Shown here one piece after another: positions 18,874-29,098 of a stretch of 64,000 nt of DNA; within the stretch, counting starts at the first letter, position 1, and each line of letters starts with the position of its first letter. Below the pieces are notes generated by a model. The model saw only the letters and a program-made list of their open reading frames with translations. It searched no databases and was not told where the DNA came from. The position numbers and the translations under genes were made by a program. This DNA is from an uncultured Candidatus Competibacteraceae bacterium (GTDB lineage: Bacteria; Bacteroidota; Bacteroidia; CAIKAF01): contig CAZRHR010000005.1 in assembly GCA_964599915.1 (NCBI GenBank), positions 3,145 through 67,144 on the forward strand, given 5' to 3'.

Positions 18874-20214
18874 ATGCGGCTCGGTCTGTCTTTCAAAATA
18901 CTTTTGTGGGTATTGGTTTTCCCTTTGTTGGGGATGGCTCAGTCGCGCAGTGGTTTGGAGAAGAAAAGAAAACGCCTTCAGCAGGATATCCACTACACCA
19001 ATAAGCTTTTACGCGAGAACAAGAAAAAGCAAGAAGCCTCTACGGCCCAGCTTCAAAAAATTGCGTTGAATATTCAGCGGCGCACCGAGCTAATGGGCAC
19101 CTTGGAAAAGGAACTTTCCTTGATGGAAAGAGAGATTGATAGCACATTGAAAGAGATTCAGCAGCTGGAAACAGGGCTCGAAAGGCTTAAGAAGGATTAT
19201 GCCGCTTTGGTGCGGCGCACCTATATTTATGGTAAAACCCATCACCGTTGGGTTCGGATTCTTTCGTCTCAGGGTATGGGCGAGGCGCTTCGCAGGACGG
19301 CCTATTTCGAGCGGATGGAGGAAGTGCGGCGTTCGAAAGCCATTCACGTGCGTCAGATGCGGGATACCCTTGCGCAAAGGGTGAATCAATTGGAACAAAT
19401 TCGGATAGAAAAGACCGGAACTTTGGAAGAAATGTCTGCACAAGCTGCTGCGCTGGCGGCCGAAAAGACGGAGAAAGAAAGACAGGTGGTGGCTTTGCGC
19501 GCCAAAGAGGGTGAGCTTATGGCGGCTATTCGTAAAAAGCAGGCTGAATCTGAACAACTTTCCAGAAAGATTAATGAAATTATTCAGCGTGAAATAGCCG
19601 AGGCTCGAAGAAAAGCGGAGGCAGAAGCCAAGCGAAAAGCTGAAGCGGAGGCCAAAAGGAGAGCCGAAATGGAGAGGGCACGTGCCAATTCCACATCAGG
19701 GACGGGCAATACCACGACCTCTTCCACACCATCCGGCGGATCTTCTTCCCGGCCAACGGCGCCCCCGTCCCTCACGGAAACGCCTGAAAGTGCAGCTTTG
19801 TCCCGTGATTTTTCTTCCAACCGTGGCAAACTCCCTTGGCCGGTGGAAAAGGGAGTGATTACCGGAAAGTTTGGGAGACATCCCCATCCTGTTTTTTCTC
19901 ATGTAGAAATACAGCGCGACGGCGTTGATATCAGCACGGAGCGCGGCGCCGGTGTACGGGCAGTGTTTAGAGGAGAGGTTTCCACGGTAATTCGTATGCC
20001 GGGTTACGAACATGTGGTGATACTTCGGCATGGACAGTATATGAGTGTTTATGGAAACTTAGCCTCAGTGAGCGTGAAAAAGGGGGATGTACTACAAACC
20101 CGACAAAAAATGGGCGTGGCGTATGAAGATGAGTCTTCCGGTCGAACCCAAGTACATTTTCGCGTCATGGCGGGAGAAGTGGCGGAAAACCCCGAACTTT
20201 GGCTTGCCAGATAA
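18874..20214 (+). CDS. envC: Murein hydrolase activator EnvC family (coiled coil + degenerate M23 domain)
   Basis: Signal peptide, long coiled coil, Ser/Thr-rich linker, C-terminal GKLPWPV...RDGVDI...VHF M23-like domain lacking the full zinc motif. Confidence 0.85.
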   Translation: MRLGLSFKILLWVLVFPLLGMAQSRSGLEKKRKRLQQDIHYTNKLLRENKKKQEASTAQLQKIALNIQRRTELMGTLEKELSLMEREIDSTLKEIQQLETGLERLKKDYAALVRRTYIYGKTHHRWVRILSSQGMGEALRRTAYFERMEEVRRSKAIHVRQMRDTLAQRVNQLEQIRIEKTGTLEEMSAQAAALAAEKTEKERQVVALRAKEGELMAAIRKKQAESEQLSRKINEIIQREIAEARRKAEAEAKRKAEAEAKRRAEMERARANSTSGTGNTTTSSTPSGGSSSRPTAPPSLTETPESAALSRDFSSNRGKLPWPVEKGVITGKFGRHPHPVFSHVEIQRDGVDISTERGAGVRAVFRGEVSTVIRMPGYEHVVILRHGQYMSVYGNLASVSVKKGDVLQTRQKMGVAYEDESSGRTQVHFRVMAGEVAENPELWLAR

Positions 20215-20221
20215 GTATCTT

Positions 20222-20545
20222 ATGGACATTGAAGTTTTTGAACAACGCCTCGAGCAATTGGATAAAGATGCTCTTGTCACTTTTGTCATTCGCAGGCAAC
20301 ACCAGTTTTCACCTGAGGAAAAAGAAGTGGTTCAACGCTTGGTATCGGCCAAACTGCCTCCCGATGTTTGGCAAGTTCACGTTGAGAAACTTCGAAGAGA
20401 TGGTGTGGATTTAACGCCCTTACATAAGCCCAAGCTATCCACCCCAAAAACGTCCAACACCAACAATCCCCTCATGATATGGTTGCTTATTTTTTCCTTG
20501 GTGGTGGGTTTGGGTGCGCTTGTGTATTCTTCTGTATTTCGGTGA
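20222..20545 (+). CDS. Small hypothetical protein with a C-terminal transmembrane anchor
   Basis: ATG lies 7 nt after the envC stop; helical N-domain, basic linker, hydrophobic C-terminus LMIWLLIFSLVVGLGALVY. Confidence 0.65.
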   Translation: MDIEVFEQRLEQLDKDALVTFVIRRQHQFSPEEKEVVQRLVSAKLPPDVWQVHVEKLRRDGVDLTPLHKPKLSTPKTSNTNNPLMIWLLIFSLVVGLGALVYSSVFR

Positions 20546-20572
20546 TTTTTTCTCATTCCCGATTTTTAACAT

Positions 20573-20609
20573 AAAAAGAAACGCCCGTAGTAAACGGGCG
20601 TTTCTTTTT
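20573..20609. terminator. Bidirectional intrinsic terminator
   Basis: Perfect 16-bp inverted repeat AAAAAGAAACGCCCGT / ACGGGCGTTTCTTTTT between convergent genes. Confidence 0.9.
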
Positions 20610-20619
20610 AGCTCATGAT

Positions 20620-21543
20620 TTATTGCCACACGGACACATCTTCATTGTACCAAGAGAAATGACGCTGCATAATGGCGTCTTTTTCCGAACGGATATAATC
20701 TATAAAGGCTTTTCCTACGGGCGATAATTTTTTGTTTTTTAGCCATACCAGACGCCATTCAGAAGTAAGGGGCAGGCCGGGGTAAGGGATAATTTTTATT
20801 TCGTGGTTGGCCAACTCGTTGTGTAAACCAATCAGGGGAAGAATGGAGTAGCCCAACCCAGCGATAATGGCTTGCTTTACTGCTTCATTGGAGGTAAGCT
20901 CAAGACGTTTGCGGGTATGTAATCCGGATTGCTTTAAGAAGCGTTCCATTTCTAGGCGCGTGGCAGAGCCTTCCTCCCGGTAAATCATGGGGACTTGGTT
21001 GAGTGGGGGAGGTGTATTAGACGCTTCTTTTCCTCCGACCAGATAGAGCTTATTCTGAACAAGCACCTCGGATTCTACGGCAAAATTATCGGGGATCATA
21101 GAAAGCAAAGCAAACTCTACTTCGTGTTTTTTCAACGTATCTACTACGTTGACCTTATTGCCTACGTCTAAGGTCAGGTCGATGCCGGGGTTTTGTTGAA
21201 TGAAGCCGGATATAAAGGCAGGTAACACATATTTTCCGGTAGAGGCGGTGGAAATGGTGAGGCGTCCGGATAGGATTCCTTTGTAAGCTAAGGTTTTATA
21301 GTTGATGGCCTGTACTTCATTCAAAATTCGTTCTGCCATTTCGGCCACTTCCATACCAAAATCAGTGATATAAATCTGTCTGCCACGAATACCGGTTAGG
21401 GGTATATCAAATTGTTCTTGAAAGTTTTTCAATTGAATAGATACAGCCGGCTGGGTCATGTGTAAAATTTCTGCCGCACGGGTGATGCTTTTATGCTGAA
21501 CGACCTTTAGAAATACATCAAGTTGGTGTAAAGTATAGTGCAT
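20620..21543 (-). CDS. LysR-family transcriptional regulator (CbbR/CmpR-like subgroup)
   Basis: YTLHQLDVF...SITRAAEILHMTQPAVSIQLK HTH; STGKYVLP and REEGSATR motifs typical of CbbR-like proteins. Confidence 0.9.
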   Translation of the reverse strand: MHYTLHQLDVFLKVVQHKSITRAAEILHMTQPAVSIQLKNFQEQFDIPLTGIRGRQIYITDFGMEVAEMAERILNEVQAINYKTLAYKGILSGRLTISTASTGKYVLPAFISGFIQQNPGIDLTLDVGNKVNVVDTLKKHEVEFALLSMIPDNFAVESEVLVQNKLYLVGGKEASNTPPPLNQVPMIYREEGSATRLEMERFLKQSGLHTRKRLELTSNEAVKQAIIAGLGYSILPLIGLHNELANHEIKIIPYPGLPLTSEWRLVWLKNKKLSPVGKAFIDYIRSEKDAIMQRHFSWYNEDVSVWQ

Positions 21544-21570
21544 GATGTTTTATTTTTTGTTCCATTTGTT

Positions 21571-21585
21571 ATAACTGAAATTTAT
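21571..21585. promoter_or_regulatory. LysR recognition box ATAA-N7-TTAT
   Basis: ATAACTGAAATTTAT is a dyad with a T-N11-A core, 27 nt upstream of the LysR start codon. Confidence 0.65.
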
Positions 21586-21778
21586 ATTTAATGTTCATAT
21601 GTATCGCTATAATTTATATTATTTTTTGCTATTTAATTTTTATTGGCCAATAAATTATTTAAAATCAATATTTTATAGTTATTTGTTTTTTGAAATAATT
21701 TCCGTTTGAAATGATGTTTTTTCACTCTCTGATTATGATGTGGCATTTTTTTATAATGTTTAGCTTATGTTTTTTTTT

Positions 21779-21822
21779 AAAAAAAAGTAAACCCTAGCAC
21801 ACTTTTAAAATGGCTAGGGTTT
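21779..21822 (-). terminator. Intrinsic terminator of pheT
   Basis: 10-bp inverted repeat AAACCCTAGC/GCTAGGGTTT with an adjacent A-run, just past the pheT stop. Confidence 0.7.
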
Positions 21823-21849
21823 GTTGTATGATGTCTCTACTGACCCGAA

Positions 21850-24291
21850 CTAACTTCGTAAATGCACTCCTGCTTCTTCCTTTAACAGTGCCATGATATT
21901 TTTCATTAATTCTTCCACTTCTTCTTCTCTCAAAGTCCTGGAAGCATCTTCAAATTGAAGGGATAGGGCATACGAGGAATGATTTTCGGGAATACCTTTG
22001 CCTGTATACACATCAAAAACTTCCAATGCAGAAAGCAGTTTACGTGCTTTTTTACGGATGATCCGATCGAGTTGTTCAAATGAAATCTCGTTGGGGACGA
22101 GCAAGGCGATATCTCTTCGAATTCCCGGGAATTTAGAAATTTCCATGTAGGTTTTGGGTCCGCTTGCTCCCCAAGAAACGGCTTCATCCCAGCAAATTTC
22201 AGCCAGCCACACCGGTTGCTTTATATCGAAGGATTTGAGCAGTTTTGTTGTGGGGGCGTAGATGCTGGCCAATCTTTGGCCTCTGGTGTCTAAGTGCCAT
22301 ACCCCTTGAAAAGCTTCCGTGGAAGCGCCGGTAGTGGTGGTTTCAACTTCAATTCCAAGGTGCGATAGTACACTTTCCACCAGACCTTTGATGTCGAAAA
22401 ATCCGGTTTCATGGGGTTTCTGCTGCCATTGCATGGGTGCGTGCAAACCGGACAGCAGTATGCCTAACCTTTTCTTTTCTACATAATGTCCTTCTTGTCC
22501 TTGCGTGGCGCGTTGGTAGGTTTTTCCCAGTTCAAACAGAGGTAAATGCAATTGCCGGTGGGAGATGTTGTGGGAGGCCACTTGCAGCATGGAGAGTTTT
22601 AAATCCGGACGCATGAGATCCAGGTCGCGGCTCAAAGGATTGGCCAAGCGCACCCAATTTTCTTCTGGTTCCGTTTGCAAAACCATCATTTTTTCCGAAG
22701 AAACCAAGGATAAGGTCACCATTTCACTAAGGCCCTTGGCGGAAAGGAGATGCTTTACCTGAATTTCTTTGTTAAAGTCCCCTTCTTTTTTCTGCAATGG
22801 AATATTGGCCATGAGTGCTTTTCCAAGCGGAATACGGTCGAATCCGGCAATCCGAATAACCTCTTCTGCTAAATCGGCCGGTCTGCTTACATCGGGTTTG
22901 AAACCGGGGACGGTGACTTCTCGGCTTTTGCCGGTCTCTTTTACCTGAAAACCTAGGCTTTGTAGGATGTTGACCTCTTCCTCTGGGGAAAAGTAAACGC
23001 CAGCCAATTTTGAAATATAGTCTGGCAACAAAGTGATTTTTTTAGGCTGGGGCATGTCCTGCGAAAACTGCTCTTGCACCGCCAAACAGGTTCCTCCTGC
23101 GTAAGTTTGAATTAACTGTGCTGCCAAGTACAGGGCTTGTGGAATGGCAAAAGGGTTAGCGCCTCTTTCAAAGCGAAAGCTGGCGTCGGTATGCAAGCCG
23201 TGTCTTTTGGCCATTTTTCGGGTGACGCCCGGATGAAACCATGCGGATTCCAGAAAAATATCGGTGGTTTCGGTGCTTACACCAGATTCTGCGCCTCCAA
23301 AAACTCCTGCGAGACAAAGGGGCTTTTCTACATCGGCAATGACAAGGTCTTCCTCATGCAGGGTTCTTTCTACCTCGTCTAAGGTGGTCAAGACTTCTCC
23401 CGCTTTGGCTCGGCGCACCTTAATGATTTGTCCTTTAATTTTTTGGGCATCAAATGCATGAAGGGGGTGTCCAAGGAGCAACATCACATAATTGGTGACG
23501 TCCACCACATTGTTAATAGATTTTACCCCAAGACTGGTCAATCTATGTTTCAAAGCGTCCGGAGACGGCCCTACTTTTACGCCTTTCAGTGTGAGTCCTG
23601 CATACCTTACACATGCACTTTCATCTAAAATTTGTACCGGAATACCCGTTTCCTTGTTTTGGGAAGGCGCAGGCACCTCAGGTTCTGAAAAATGGTGTTT
23701 TCGTTTTTGTTGTTGAAGCCACGCAGCCACATCTCTTGCAGCTCCAATATGGCAGCTAGCATCAACGCGGTTTGGGGTGATGTTAATTTCTAAAATCGTA
23801 TCCTGTGTCACTTCAAATACGACTGCAGCAGGTGTTCCTGCGGTCCAATGGTCAGGCAAAACCATAATACCATCGTGGCTTTGACCGAGTCCAATTTCGT
23901 CTTCGGCACAAATCATTCCATGGGACGGTACCCCACGGATTTTAGCAGCTTTAATGACCAACGGCGTTTCGGCACCTGTTGGATAGAGTGTGGCGCCGGG
24001 CAAAGCCACCACTACAGTTTGGCCCGCGGCCACATTGCTGGCACCACATACAATGGTTTGTACTTCTTCAGCACTAACTTGTACTTCACATACTTGCAAG
24101 CGATCCGCATCCGGATGCTTGGCTACGGATTGAACTTTCCCAACCACCACGCCTTGGAGCCCTCCTTCAAGAGAAGAATAGGTTTGGATATCTTCTACTT
24201 CTAGCCCCGTGCGGGTAAGGATATCTGATACTTCTTCTGCTGAAAGGGAAAGGCCTAGCAGATCATTTAACCATTGAAGGGAAAGTTTCAT
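21850..24291 (-). CDS. pheT: Phenylalanine--tRNA ligase beta subunit
   Basis: MKLSLQWL start, HPDADRL, VCGASNV, ITPNRVD, SFRFERG and C-terminal FDX-ACB domain (RRDIALL...FDVYTG). Confidence 0.97.
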   Translation of the reverse strand: MKLSLQWLNDLLGLSLSAEEVSDILTRTGLEVEDIQTYSSLEGGLQGVVVGKVQSVAKHPDADRLQVCEVQVSAEEVQTIVCGASNVAAGQTVVVALPGATLYPTGAETPLVIKAAKIRGVPSHGMICAEDEIGLGQSHDGIMVLPDHWTAGTPAAVVFEVTQDTILEINITPNRVDASCHIGAARDVAAWLQQQKRKHHFSEPEVPAPSQNKETGIPVQILDESACVRYAGLTLKGVKVGPSPDALKHRLTSLGVKSINNVVDVTNYVMLLLGHPLHAFDAQKIKGQIIKVRRAKAGEVLTTLDEVERTLHEEDLVIADVEKPLCLAGVFGGAESGVSTETTDIFLESAWFHPGVTRKMAKRHGLHTDASFRFERGANPFAIPQALYLAAQLIQTYAGGTCLAVQEQFSQDMPQPKKITLLPDYISKLAGVYFSPEEEVNILQSLGFQVKETGKSREVTVPGFKPDVSRPADLAEEVIRIAGFDRIPLGKALMANIPLQKKEGDFNKEIQVKHLLSAKGLSEMVTLSLVSSEKMMVLQTEPEENWVRLANPLSRDLDLMRPDLKLSMLQVASHNISHRQLHLPLFELGKTYQRATQGQEGHYVEKKRLGILLSGLHAPMQWQQKPHETGFFDIKGLVESVLSHLGIEVETTTTGASTEAFQGVWHLDTRGQRLASIYAPTTKLLKSFDIKQPVWLAEICWDEAVSWGASGPKTYMEISKFPGIRRDIALLVPNEISFEQLDRIIRKKARKLLSALEVFDVYTGKGIPENHSSYALSLQFEDASRTLREEEVEELMKNIMALLKEEAGVHLRS

Positions 24292-24394
24292 AAGCGTTTT
24301 TCGCTGTAAAATTTTTGCGCCTGTAAAAATACGCATGGAAATGGCAGTTCCAACCTAATTCCTGTTTATTCGCCGAAGTGTTTAAGTTTGTAAT

Positions 24395-25708
24395 ATGGGT
24401 GATAAAAAAAGAAAAGCCAGATTTCTGGCCTTGCATTGGCAAATTTTGATTGGAATGGCCCTTGGACTGGGCTGGAGTCTTGTGGCAGTGCGCCTTGGTT
24501 GGCAAGAATGGACTTTGGATTGGATCAAACCCTTTGGTACCATATTTATGCGTATGCTCAAAATGGTTGCGGTTCCTTTGGTTTTGGTTTCACTTATTCA
24601 GGGTGTAGGTAGCCTGGCCGACCTCAGTGCATTGTCTCGCATGGGTTTGAAAACGGTAGGGCTGTACATGTTTACAACCGTGGTGGCTATTTCTTTAGGT
24701 TTGGGTTTGAGTGTGGCTTTTGAGCCGGGAAAGGCGTTATCCCCACAAACACGAGAACAACTGCTTGAAAAATATGGCCAAGGCTTGGTGGAAAAGCAAA
24801 CCCAAATGGCCCAACAAGATTCCGGGCCGCTTCAGTTTTTGGTGGATTTGGTTCCAGAGAATTTTTTCAAAGCCACTTCCGATAATACATTCATGCTTCA
24901 AGTGATTGTATTTGCCTTATTTTTTGGGGTTGCTTTGATCATGGTTCCGCGCGAAAGAGTGCAAGTGGTAAGAGATTTTTTTGATGGGGCCAATGACATC
25001 ATTTTAAAAATGGTGGATTTAATTATGTTGTATGCTCCTATTGGTGTTACAGGACTTATGGCGGGCGTTTTGGTAGAAATTTCAGGAAATGACCCAAGCG
25101 CCATGTCCGGCATTTTATGGAGCCTCTTAGGCTACTCACTTACCGTAGTGCTTGGACTTTTTTTATTGATTTTTGGCGTGTATCCTATGCTTCTTTTGGC
25201 GTTTTTACCCTCTTATCGAAACTGGGAAAAGATACGCCAGTTTTATGCGGCCTTAATGCCGGTACAGATGCTTGCGTTTTCTACGTCCAGCAGTGCGGCC
25301 ACCCTGCCGCTGAACATGGAGCGGTGTGAAGAAACCCTTGGTTTGAAAAAGCAAACGGTGGGCTTTGTATTGCCTTTGGGTGCTACCATTAACATGGATG
25401 GTACGAGTTTGTACCAAGCCGTAGCGACCGTATTTATTGCCCAAGCTTTTGGAATGGATTTGACCTTGGGTCAATTGGGCACCATTGTGCTTACCGCCGT
25501 TCTTGCTTCGGTGGGTTCTGCGGCTGTTCCGGGTGCCGGGATGGTGATGTTGGTGATTGTTTTGTCTTCTATAGGTTTAAGTGTAGAAGGCATATCATTG
25601 GTTATGGCCACGGACCGTATTTTAGATATGTTGCGAACTGTAGCCAATGTAACCTCCGATGCCACAGTGGCTACGGTGGTAGATGCGGGAGAAAAAAACA
25701 CGCCATGA
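24395..25708 (+). CDS. Dicarboxylate/amino acid:cation symporter (DAACS, GltP family)
   Basis: AFSTSSSAATLP, LPLGATINMDGT and DRILDMLRTVANV motifs. Confidence 0.95.
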   Translation: MGDKKRKARFLALHWQILIGMALGLGWSLVAVRLGWQEWTLDWIKPFGTIFMRMLKMVAVPLVLVSLIQGVGSLADLSALSRMGLKTVGLYMFTTVVAISLGLGLSVAFEPGKALSPQTREQLLEKYGQGLVEKQTQMAQQDSGPLQFLVDLVPENFFKATSDNTFMLQVIVFALFFGVALIMVPRERVQVVRDFFDGANDIILKMVDLIMLYAPIGVTGLMAGVLVEISGNDPSAMSGILWSLLGYSLTVVLGLFLLIFGVYPMLLLAFLPSYRNWEKIRQFYAALMPVQMLAFSTSSSAATLPLNMERCEETLGLKKQTVGFVLPLGATINMDGTSLYQAVATVFIAQAFGMDLTLGQLGTIVLTAVLASVGSAAVPGAGMVMLVIVLSSIGLSVEGISLVMATDRILDMLRTVANVTSDATVATVVDAGEKNTP

Positions 25709-26619
25709 CAAGTATTCGTGCATGGTTGGTTCGCTTAAGTCTTCCTGCCTTGCGCATGACCGTGCAGCCCGAACGCAGGTCAGTAAGGGCCATGCGGGTT
25801 GGAATGGAGGGTTTTTTAAGTCGTTTTCCTAAACCTTCGCCTTTCATTGAAACACACTTTTCCTTGACCAATCTAGCGGGGAGAATGATACATAGCCATG
25901 CTTCTGCTTTTCCGCAGGTGGGCATACTTTATTTTCACGGGGGCGGTTATGCCATGGGTTCCAGCCGCACCCATCGTTTTTTAGCTGCCAGATTGTCAGA
26001 GCGCTTAGGTGTTCCTGTCTTTTTACCCGATTATCGTTTAGCCCCTGAGCATCCCTTTCCGGCTGCGGTGGAAGATGCCGTGCTGGCCTGGCAGCAAATT
26101 CCAGCGGCTTATCCCCACCTTACCCATTGGTTGATAGGTGGTGATTCTGCGGGTGGAGGACTTGCTTTGGCTTTGCTTCAAGAAATCAGGAGATTAGGTC
26201 TTTGTTCTCCCATAGGTACGTTTTTATTTTCGCCTTGGGCAGATCTTTATTCAGGACATGCAGCACATAAAAAGTTGGAAAAAAAGGATCCTTACTTGGA
26301 TGTGCCCATCATTCGGTCTTGGGGCATTCAATATGCGGGCGAACACATTGGACATCCTTTAGCTTCAGTAATTGGTGGAACTTACACGCAGGCCGGTCCG
26401 ATTTTACTACAAGTGGGCACCCATGAAATCTTGTACCAGGATGCGTGTATGCTGCGGGATGTTTTGGAACATACGGTGGGTGTAGAACTCCAATTTTCAC
26501 CATGGAAAGGAATGTTTCATGGATTTCAAATGTGTGAAGGATTTTTTCCCGAAGCAGGAAAAGCTTTAGATGAATTTGCCGTTTGGGCGCGACAGGTCAT
26601 CCAAAAATCAGTATCTTAG
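25705..26619 (+). CDS. Alpha/beta hydrolase (HSL-family esterase)
   Basis: HGGGY oxyanion motif, GDSAGGGL nucleophile elbow, E/H catalytic residues (THEIL, MFHGF). Confidence 0.92.
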   Translation: MTSIRAWLVRLSLPALRMTVQPERRSVRAMRVGMEGFLSRFPKPSPFIETHFSLTNLAGRMIHSHASAFPQVGILYFHGGGYAMGSSRTHRFLAARLSERLGVPVFLPDYRLAPEHPFPAAVEDAVLAWQQIPAAYPHLTHWLIGGDSAGGGLALALLQEIRRLGLCSPIGTFLFSPWADLYSGHAAHKKLEKKDPYLDVPIIRSWGIQYAGEHIGHPLASVIGGTYTQAGPILLQVGTHEILYQDACMLRDVLEHTVGVELQFSPWKGMFHGFQMCEGFFPEAGKALDEFAVWARQVIQKSVS

Positions 26620-26623
26620 AACC

Positions 26624-29098
26624 ATGCGGGCCTTCGTTTTTTTGTTGTTTTTTATGCTTTCCCTCGCAGTTTCTGCGTTTTTTCATTGGGGCTGGGGTAC
26701 ATTACCTCCTTTCGGTAAAATCCTTGACCCCGTAAACGGTCTATGGGCTAATGCCGAAACTAAACAACATTATGCACAAGCCGACTTCCGTTCTTCCAGG
26801 GTTCAAGCGCCTGTAGTGGTGCGCTACGATGAACGTTTGGTGCCCCATATTTATGCGCAAAACGAGCATGATTTGTTTTTTGCCCAAGGGTTTGTTACCG
26901 CTCGTCATCGACTCTGGCAAATGGAGTTTACGGCCTTATTTGCTGCGGGTCAGTTAAGTGAAGTATTAGGGCCACGCGCCCTTGCTTTGGATCGGTCCCA
27001 GCGAAGAAAGGGTTTGGGCTATGCGGCAGAACTTAGCCAAACAGAATTTTTACGCGACCCACGTACCAATGCGGTGTTGCAAGCTTTCACTGATGGCGTA
27101 AATGCGTATATCGGGCAGTTAAGTTATCGGGATTTTCCGGTGGAATATAAATTATTGGATTATGCTCCAACGCCTTGGACTCCGCTGCGCTCCGCATTGA
27201 TTTTAAAGTATATGGCCGATTTATTGACCGGTGGTGATACCGATGTCGCCTTGACGGAGGTTTTTCATGAACTTGGTGCAGTACAACTTTGGGAAGATTT
27301 TCCGGATCGGATCGAAGAAGATTCCGCCGCTATTGTTCCCCCTGTTTCGTGGGAAGCACATAATATCATTTTAGATACCGCTTCTGTTCCATGGGTTCCC
27401 GTTTGGCCCCCGAAGCGCCAGGGACCTGGATTAAAGTCTTTTCCCTCTCTCATGGGTGTAGATTCCAATGTGGCGGTTCCATCAGATGCTATTCCGGCCG
27501 CTCCGGTTCCTTCGGAGACCTCACCACCAGCGGAATCTCCCTCGCGTCCGGAACCCAGAGGGTCCAACAACTGGGCGGTTTCCGCACGAAAGTCAGCCAC
27601 GGGTGCACCCTTACTTGCCAATGACCCCCATTTACCGCTCAACCTACCTTCGATTTGGTTTGAAATGCATCTTCATGCGCCAGACATAGATTGTTATGGG
27701 GTGTCTATTCCTGGAACGCCCACCTTGATTATCGGATTTAACAATAGGGTGGCTTGGGGTGTAACCAACGGAACCATTGATGTAAAAGACTGGTACACGG
27801 TTACATTCAAAGATAACCTAAGGGAAGAATATTTATATGACCAGCGTTGGTTGCCGGTGACTTACCGGGAAGAACGCATTAAGGTTCGGGGGCAGGATGA
27901 AATCATAGATACGGTTCGTTATACTTTGTACGGCCCCATCTCTCATGAAGACACGCTGATTGCGGGAAAAAGGACAGGTTTAGCCATGCGCTGGACAGGC
28001 CATGACCCAGCCAATGAATTGCTTACATTTTATTTGCTGAACAAGGCGAAAGGGTACGAAGATTACCGGGCTGCTTTGTCCTATTTTGCTTGTCCGGCTC
28101 AGAACTTTGTATTCGCAGATATTTCAGGAAATATTGCCATGGTCCAGCAAGGACGAATACCTCTTCGTTGGCCTGGGCAGGGAAAAATGGTCATGGATGG
28201 TCATTTGCCGGTGTATCAATGGCAAGGATATTGGGACGAGGCTTGGATTCCACAAGTGAAAAATCCACCACGTGGTTATGTGTATTCCGCCAACCAATAT
28301 CCCACGGATAGCAAGTTTCCCCTTTATTATTCGGGTTGGTTTGAGCCTTATAGACATCTTCGCATCGCTGAACTTTTGGCACAGCCAGGTCCATTTACCG
28401 TAGAAGACATGCAGCGCTTTCAACTGGATGAAGTGGTGATTCGCGCCCGCATGTTCTTACCTGAGCTGTTAATGCATCTAAGTGATTCTGTGAAACAACT
28501 TCCCGGTGCTCAGCCTTGGTTAGATAGCCTAAATGCATGGGATTTTCGGTATCATGCCTCCTCAGTCCTTCCGGTATTTTTTGAAAACTGGTATCAGGAA
28601 GTAACGCAGGCCATGCTGGCTCCTTATGTGGAAAAAAACTTATTGACGCCCCAGCCTGATGCGCTGTTCAGGAAATGGAAAAAGAATCCCCAACCTTCTT
28701 GGGTCTCCGATGGTTTTATTCAAACGCTGAATGTGTTTTCAGCGCCTTCTTCTTCGGAGGTCTGGTGGAAAGAAAAAGAAACGCGACTGCAGCACATGGC
28801 GAAGATTCCTGCTTTTGGCTCCGAAGTTTTGGAAGTCGGGGGCAATGAGCACGCCTTAAATGCCATTACCAGTACGCATGGTCCTTCGTGGCGGATGGTG
28901 GTGTCTCTGGAGAAAAGTCCTCGTGGTTGGGGCGTGTATCCCGGTGGCCAATCTGGAAATCCAGGTTCACCCTTTTATTTATCTCACAATACCGTTTGGT
29001 CCAAAGGCTCATATTATCCTTTAGAACGACTCGCTCCGGACGCATGGCGTGCTCGTCCATCGGCAGGAGTGCTTACCCTAAACCCAAGTAATCCATGA
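26624..29098 (+). CDS. Penicillin acylase / AHL acylase family Ntn-hydrolase (S45)
   Basis: YDERLVPHIYA, DLFFAQGFVTARHRLWQME, autocleavage site G-SNNWAV, ANDPHL and PGGQSGNP motifs. Confidence 0.93.
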   Translation: MRAFVFLLFFMLSLAVSAFFHWGWGTLPPFGKILDPVNGLWANAETKQHYAQADFRSSRVQAPVVVRYDERLVPHIYAQNEHDLFFAQGFVTARHRLWQMEFTALFAAGQLSEVLGPRALALDRSQRRKGLGYAAELSQTEFLRDPRTNAVLQAFTDGVNAYIGQLSYRDFPVEYKLLDYAPTPWTPLRSALILKYMADLLTGGDTDVALTEVFHELGAVQLWEDFPDRIEEDSAAIVPPVSWEAHNIILDTASVPWVPVWPPKRQGPGLKSFPSLMGVDSNVAVPSDAIPAAPVPSETSPPAESPSRPEPRGSNNWAVSARKSATGAPLLANDPHLPLNLPSIWFEMHLHAPDIDCYGVSIPGTPTLIIGFNNRVAWGVTNGTIDVKDWYTVTFKDNLREEYLYDQRWLPVTYREERIKVRGQDEIIDTVRYTLYGPISHEDTLIAGKRTGLAMRWTGHDPANELLTFYLLNKAKGYEDYRAALSYFACPAQNFVFADISGNIAMVQQGRIPLRWPGQGKMVMDGHLPVYQWQGYWDEAWIPQVKNPPRGYVYSANQYPTDSKFPLYYSGWFEPYRHLRIAELLAQPGPFTVEDMQRFQLDEVVIRARMFLPELLMHLSDSVKQLPGAQPWLDSLNAWDFRYHASSVLPVFFENWYQEVTQAMLAPYVEKNLLTPQPDALFRKWKKNPQPSWVSDGFIQTLNVFSAPSSSEVWWKEKETRLQHMAKIPAFGSEVLEVGGNEHALNAITSTHGPSWRMVVSLEKSPRGWGVYPGGQSGNPGSPFYLSHNTVWSKGSYYPLERLAPDAWRARPSAGVLTLNPSNP

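Noticed and set aside
21771-21786. Poly-T/poly-A run as a phase-variation tract
   Set aside because: It lies in the terminator/AT-rich spacer and not in a promoter core or reading frame.
27400-27560. Long Pro/Ser-rich insert in the acylase
   Set aside because: It is positioned just before the SNNW nucleophile, so it is the normal excised spacer peptide of Ntn acylases.
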